64,000 nucleotides of DNA from Verrucomicrobiota bacterium (lineage in GTDB: Bacteria > Verrucomicrobiota > Verrucomicrobiia > Opitutales > Opitutaceae). Every line of letters begins with the position of its first letter. The stretch's first letter is position 1. Below, piece by piece: positions 59,964-64,000 of this stretch. The DNA lies in NCBI GenBank assembly GCA_040386765.1, contig JAZKEV010000402.1, positions 24,617 to 88,616 of the forward strand, read 5' to 3'. Both the position numbers and the translations under genes were made by a program. The notes under the pieces were generated by a model. It did no database searches and had not been told where the DNA came from. It saw nothing but the letters and a program-made list of their open reading frames with translations.

Positions 59964-61256
59964 CTATACAGACTGCATGCGCGAAGTTTCTATATGGCGA
60001 CTTTCAGATAATATCGTGACCAACGGGCTGTAACATGTTGCAGGCGACAAATGGTCGCGGACAGCGGTCAAGCACCGGTTCGCGACGGTCTTGCGTTCAC
60101 CCGGATTCTCAACCAATCGCCGAACTGCGTCGGCAAATGAGATTTCATCATGCGCTTCGATCACAGCTTCTTCCAAGAAGTGTGCGCCTTCGAGAGGAGC
60201 CGGAGTCGCGACAATGGCACAGCCATGTGCCGCAGCTTCCACCAATTTGATATTCAAACCGGTAGCTTCCAAGAGGGGGACGATTACGATACCGGAACGG
60301 TGATAAAAAGGTTTAAGGTCACTTACTCTGCCGTGGAATATGACCCCAGAGGGTCGAGAAGCGATCGCCTCGCCAATTGACCCGCAGACGTCGAGTATAA
60401 GATCCGGCAAGTGGGCTCTGACCCGAGGCCAAACGCGCTCTAGAAACCAGTTAAGGCCGTCGACGTTGAAGGAGTTTCCGCTTCCCACAAACAAAAGGCG
60501 CTGGGTATTGACGGGGAATTCCCCGGCTTGAGCCAGGAAGGCCTTGGGCGCCACAACCACGTTTGCTGCAGAATAAAGGCGAAACTCATCCGCATCGGCT
60601 GAGGAGATGGCTATGAGGAGGTCGGCGGTTTCGAGCCAGCGACTTTCGTCCGATCGCGTGATTTCCGGAAGACTTGTTTCACCCCGGTTCTTCGCCTGCA
60701 GGGCCGCTCGTTTCCAAGCGACGTCGTAGGTAAGGCAAACGTGAACCTTTTTCTGCAGCGGTCGCAATTGAAAGATGGGACAGAGCCACGCATAGCAGGC
60801 CACCACCACGTCCGGACTTTCTCTTTCAGCCACTTTCTCCACGAGGGCATTCTCAGACTCGGTGGGAGGCGACATCCAACCCGTCGACGGTGGGGCGGAG
60901 GCACGTTTATTTTGGGCGGTGACGGGACGAGATGGCGTGCGAAATCCCAGCTTGGCGAGGAGGCGCTTTATCCGATCCTTCGTTCGCGCCTGGAACGGCA
61001 ACCAGAGGACCGCGGGAAAAAGATACCAGGAACCAAGCCGGATTGCACCGGGTAGGTGCAGCTTTATCTTTCGATCAAAATCGTCGGGCCTTCGCCAAAT
61101 TTTCTTCCAGCGGATGTGATCATGGGGTGCCAGCCATAGCACCTGCACGCGAAAGCCGCCGCGCGCCAGATAGCTCGCGATGTCGTGAAGGTAGGCCCCG
61201 GCGCCATCGTCCCATGGCAGGGGGGTGTGGCGCGTGACTATTAGAATGGACCGCAT
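59964..61256 (-). CDS. Glycosyltransferase family 4 (Glyco_trans_1_4-like)
   Basis: MRSILIV..P.P..DG, LFVGS...N, TGLNIKLVEA; start ATG 61256. Confidence 0.85.
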   Translation of the reverse strand: MRSILIVTRHTPLPWDDGAGAYLHDIASYLARGGFRVQVLWLAPHDHIRWKKIWRRPDDFDRKIKLHLPGAIRLGSWYLFPAVLWLPFQARTKDRIKRLLAKLGFRTPSRPVTAQNKRASAPPSTGWMSPPTESENALVEKVAERESPDVVVACYAWLCPIFQLRPLQKKVHVCLTYDVAWKRAALQAKNRGETSLPEITRSDESRWLETADLLIAISSADADEFRLYSAANVVVAPKAFLAQAGEFPVNTQRLLFVGSGNSFNVDGLNWFLERVWPRVRAHLPDLILDVCGSIGEAIASRPSGVIFHGRVSDLKPFYHRSGIVIVPLLEATGLNIKLVEAAAHGCAIVATPAPLEGAHFLEEAVIEAHDEISFADAVRRLVENPGERKTVANRCLTAVRDHLSPATCYSPLVTILSESRHIETSRMQSV

Positions 61257-61368
61257 CGGAAATGGGCTAACGCGACGGGTGCAGCTATTGGGATGGCCGC
61301 GAGCGCCAAGGCGAATGGGAGCGGCGTGAGTTGGAATTCCGCTAAGGGAGATTGGCCGGCAGACGTTG

Positions 61369-62649
61369 TCATGGTTGGGTTGTGCCCATGGTGGCTTCGG
61401 CAACCGCTCCTTGAGCGGGACGCTCATGCTGCAACGTGGGCTGCAGCCGACATCCACCAAAGCCGCGGTCGCTCTCCCAGTCTCCGGATCCGGGATGAAT
61501 TTCCCACAGTGCGAAACTGTCGACAATGTCGAAAAAATGTCGGCCCTGGCCCAGGGAGGCGCTGCAATAATAACGGCCCGGCGAGACGGGTAAACGGGGC
61601 AAACTGAGGGTAATAATGTGACGTCCCGGCTGCAGGTTGAGCGTGCGTCCCTCAGCATCGCTATCCAACGTCATGACTCGTTGACCTTCCACCGTGTTTA
61701 GCGCGAAGCCAATCATCGCCGATTCCATGGCTGTTTGTACGTCGATAGTGACTTCCACGGAGAAGGGTTGATTGAAAAATAGCCCCCCCCGGACTGAGCG
61801 AACGCGCATGATACGGCCGTCCTGGCCGGTCGTGCCCCAATCGCGGGTGCGATTGCCTACGTGGACATCGGTGGCAGAAGCTTCGAAGTGGAGGTTATAG
61901 TGTTCAATTGCCTCTTCGACGGGGTAAACACCGCGAAGCCGGCCGCCTTCCAGCACCACGCACTTCTGGCACAAACGGCGGATCGTGGCCATAGAGTGGC
62001 TCACGAACAGAACGGTGCGGCCGTGGCCGTGCGAAATTTCCTGCATGCGGCCGATGCATTTGCGCTGAAACTGCGCATCGCCCACCGCGAGGACTTCGTC
62101 CACAATGAGTATTTCGGGCTCGAGATGCGCGGCGACGGCGAAGGCGAGGCGCACATACATGCCGCTGGAGTAGCGCTTGACCGGCGTGTCGATGAATTTG
62201 CCGATTTCGGCAAACTCCACGATCTCGTCGAACTTCGACTGAATCTCCGCCTTGCGCATTCCGAGGATCGCGCCGTTGAGGAAGACGTTGTCGCGGCCGC
62301 TCAGCTCCGGATGGAAGCCGGTGCCAACCTCGAGGAGACTGCCGATGCGGCCATACAGGTTAATCTCGCCGGAGGTGGGTTCGGTGATCTGTGAAAGCAC
62401 CTTGAGAAGCGTGCTCTTGCCGGCGCCATTGCGGCCGATGATCCCGACGATCTCTCCCGGCTCGACGGAGAAACTAATATCCCGCAACGCCCAGAATTCT
62501 TTTTTCTCCCTGGCGGCATCGACCGGGTCGGGTTTGCCCAACAGGCGGCGGCCCAAGCGTTGCACATCGTCGCGGAGCGACGTCATGCCGATCTGACCCA
62601 GTTGGTATTTTTTCGAAACACCGCGTACTTCTATGATCGGGCGACTCAT
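61369..62649 (-). CDS. wzt: Polysaccharide ABC transporter ATPase with C-terminal Wzt domain
   Basis: GRNGAGKST, LLEVGTGFHPELSG, YSSGMYVRLAF, DEVLAVGD. Confidence 0.93.
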   Translation of the reverse strand: MSRPIIEVRGVSKKYQLGQIGMTSLRDDVQRLGRRLLGKPDPVDAAREKKEFWALRDISFSVEPGEIVGIIGRNGAGKSTLLKVLSQITEPTSGEINLYGRIGSLLEVGTGFHPELSGRDNVFLNGAILGMRKAEIQSKFDEIVEFAEIGKFIDTPVKRYSSGMYVRLAFAVAAHLEPEILIVDEVLAVGDAQFQRKCIGRMQEISHGHGRTVLFVSHSMATIRRLCQKCVVLEGGRLRGVYPVEEAIEHYNLHFEASATDVHVGNRTRDWGTTGQDGRIMRVRSVRGGLFFNQPFSVEVTIDVQTAMESAMIGFALNTVEGQRVMTLDSDAEGRTLNLQPGRHIITLSLPRLPVSPGRYYCSASLGQGRHFFDIVDSFALWEIHPGSGDWESDRGFGGCRLQPTLQHERPAQGAVAEATMGTTQP

Positions 62650-62676
62650 CGTATAATTAGGTTGAGAATAAGGCGA

Positions 62677-63546
62677 TTAAACGATGTCGACGAAGGTGCG
62701 GGCGGCGCGCTGGTAGATGAGGAGGCCAACCAGGAGAAACAAGGCGGACATGCCAACGGAAAGGAGATAGGCAGGCAGAACAAAGGAGCCTCCGCCGAGA
62801 AACATGAGGCGCATCGCCTCGACGATCGAGGTCATCGGATTGATCGCCGCGAACCACTGCCACTTCTCGGGAAAGCGGGAGAGCGGGTAGATGATAGGCG
62901 TCAAATACATCCAGATGTTGACGATGAAGGCCTGGACATGCTGGAGGTCGCGGTACTTGGCGGTGAGGGCGGAGAGGATCAACCCGATGCCGAGGCCGAG
63001 GGCGGCCATGTGGAGAATGAGGACAGGGAAGAGCAGCCAGGTGACGTTTGGACGCGGAAGCGTAGAGCCTTCGGCATTAAGATAGTACACGTAGAACCCG
63101 ACAAACGTGATGAGCTGGATGCCGAGCGAGAGCAGGTTGGAGAGCGTAACCGCCAGAGGTGGGATCAGGCGCGGAAAGTAGACCTTCGAGAAGAGACCGG
63201 CGTTGCCCACGAGGGCGTTCGACGTGGCAGTAAGGACGTTGGAAAAGTAAGTCCAGCCGAGCATGCCGCAAAGATAGAAAAGCATCGGCGGAACGCCGTC
63301 GGTGCTGACCCCGATCACCCGTGCGAAGACGAGGGTGAATACCGCCGTCGTGATCAGCGGGTTCAGGAAAAACCAGATGGGCCCGAGGATGGTCTGCTTG
63401 TATTTCGAGGTGAAATCCCGCTGGACGAGCAGCCAGAGCAGGTCGCGATAAGCGACGAGGCTGCGCCATTCGAGGTTCAGCCAGGAGGAATTTGACCGGA
63501 TGACGGTCACCGGAATGGTCGGCAGAGTGGGAGTGGCGGCTTCCAT
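62677..63546 (-). CDS. wzm: Polysaccharide ABC transporter permease
   Basis: RDFTSKYKQTILG, KVYFPR, YRDL, TPIIYP, NPM, FVDIV. Confidence 0.93.
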   Translation of the reverse strand: MEAATPTLPTIPVTVIRSNSSWLNLEWRSLVAYRDLLWLLVQRDFTSKYKQTILGPIWFFLNPLITTAVFTLVFARVIGVSTDGVPPMLFYLCGMLGWTYFSNVLTATSNALVGNAGLFSKVYFPRLIPPLAVTLSNLLSLGIQLITFVGFYVYYLNAEGSTLPRPNVTWLLFPVLILHMAALGLGIGLILSALTAKYRDLQHVQAFIVNIWMYLTPIIYPLSRFPEKWQWFAAINPMTSIVEAMRLMFLGGGSFVLPAYLLSVGMSALFLLVGLLIYQRAARTFVDIV

Positions 63547-63551
63547 GAGAA

Positions 63552-64000
63552 TCAGGCGAGAGCCGCGCGTTTTTCGGCGGAGAGGCTGGCCCAGCAGAGG
63601 CCGGAGAGAGTGGAGACGGTCAGCACGATAGCACCCATTTGAAGAGGAAAATCCCAGAGGCTCTGGAGGAGCACCGCAGTGGCGCCGATCGCGGCCGCGA
63701 GAACGAGAGGATCAGCGCGGCGGTGACGGAATGCGATGTAAACCACCGACCCCGCACCGCCCACCAGCAGTCCTGCCCAACCGATGGCGGCGACGACGCC
63801 CCACTCAACCGCGACTTGCAGGAAGTCGTTGTGCGTAAACTGGAGGAACTGGAAGAACGTGCGTACGAGGGGGTCCTTGCTGTGCTGGCTGGCGGCACCC
63901 ATCCAATTGGCCGGACCATGCCCCCAGATGGGGCGAGCCGAGATCGCGGCGAAAGCGGCGTCGTACCCGATGCTGCGTGCTCCGAGCATGCCGGTGCCCG
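63552..64000 (-). CDS. O-antigen ligase family protein (partial, 3' end)
   Basis: PIWGHGP, THNDFLQVAVEWG, WDFPLQ. Confidence 0.8.
   Translation of the reverse strand, partial: GTGMLGARSIGYDAAFAAISARPIWGHGPANWMGAASQHSKDPLVRTFFQFLQFTHNDFLQVAVEWGVVAAIGWAGLLVGGAGSVVYIAFRHRRADPLVLAAAIGATAVLLQSLWDFPLQMGAIVLTVSTLSGLCWASLSAEKRAALA

Overview
High-GC bacterial DNA, most likely Verrucomicrobia (Opitutaceae-like; inferred from the PEP-CTERM protein, repeat families and gene content). About 1-13.6 kb is housekeeping and accessory genes (DUF167, PLP transferase, xth, CinA/PncC, ABC exporter, HI0933 flavoprotein, TIGR04222 protein, AEC transporter) with REP-like and palindromic intergenic repeats. About 13.7-24.5 kb holds surface-protein genes: a 2021-aa beta-helix PEP-CTERM protein, a downstream protein with a papain/NlpC-P60-like motif, and a divergent Ig/SdrD-B repeat protein. 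About 24.9-33.5 kb is a regulatory and nucleotide-sugar hub (two paralogous sigma-54 activators, ugd, gmd, an RsbW-like kinase, a stand-alone receiver protein). About 33.6-64 kb is a large surface polysaccharide cluster (many glycosyltransferases, Wzy-like, Wzm/Wzt, WaaL-like, MBOAT, acetyltransferases, a second gmd). The most notable signal is an apparently self-contained sigma-54 circuit. Both activators have a non-phosphorylatable pseudo-receiver with a shared C-x10-C-x5-C motif and a TPR-like domain after the HTH. GG-N10-GC (-24/-12) boxes lie just upstream of both activators, ugd, gmd, the receiver gene and a glycosyltransferase sub-operon, and another points antisense into rsbW. All calls were made by eye from motifs; no searches were run.
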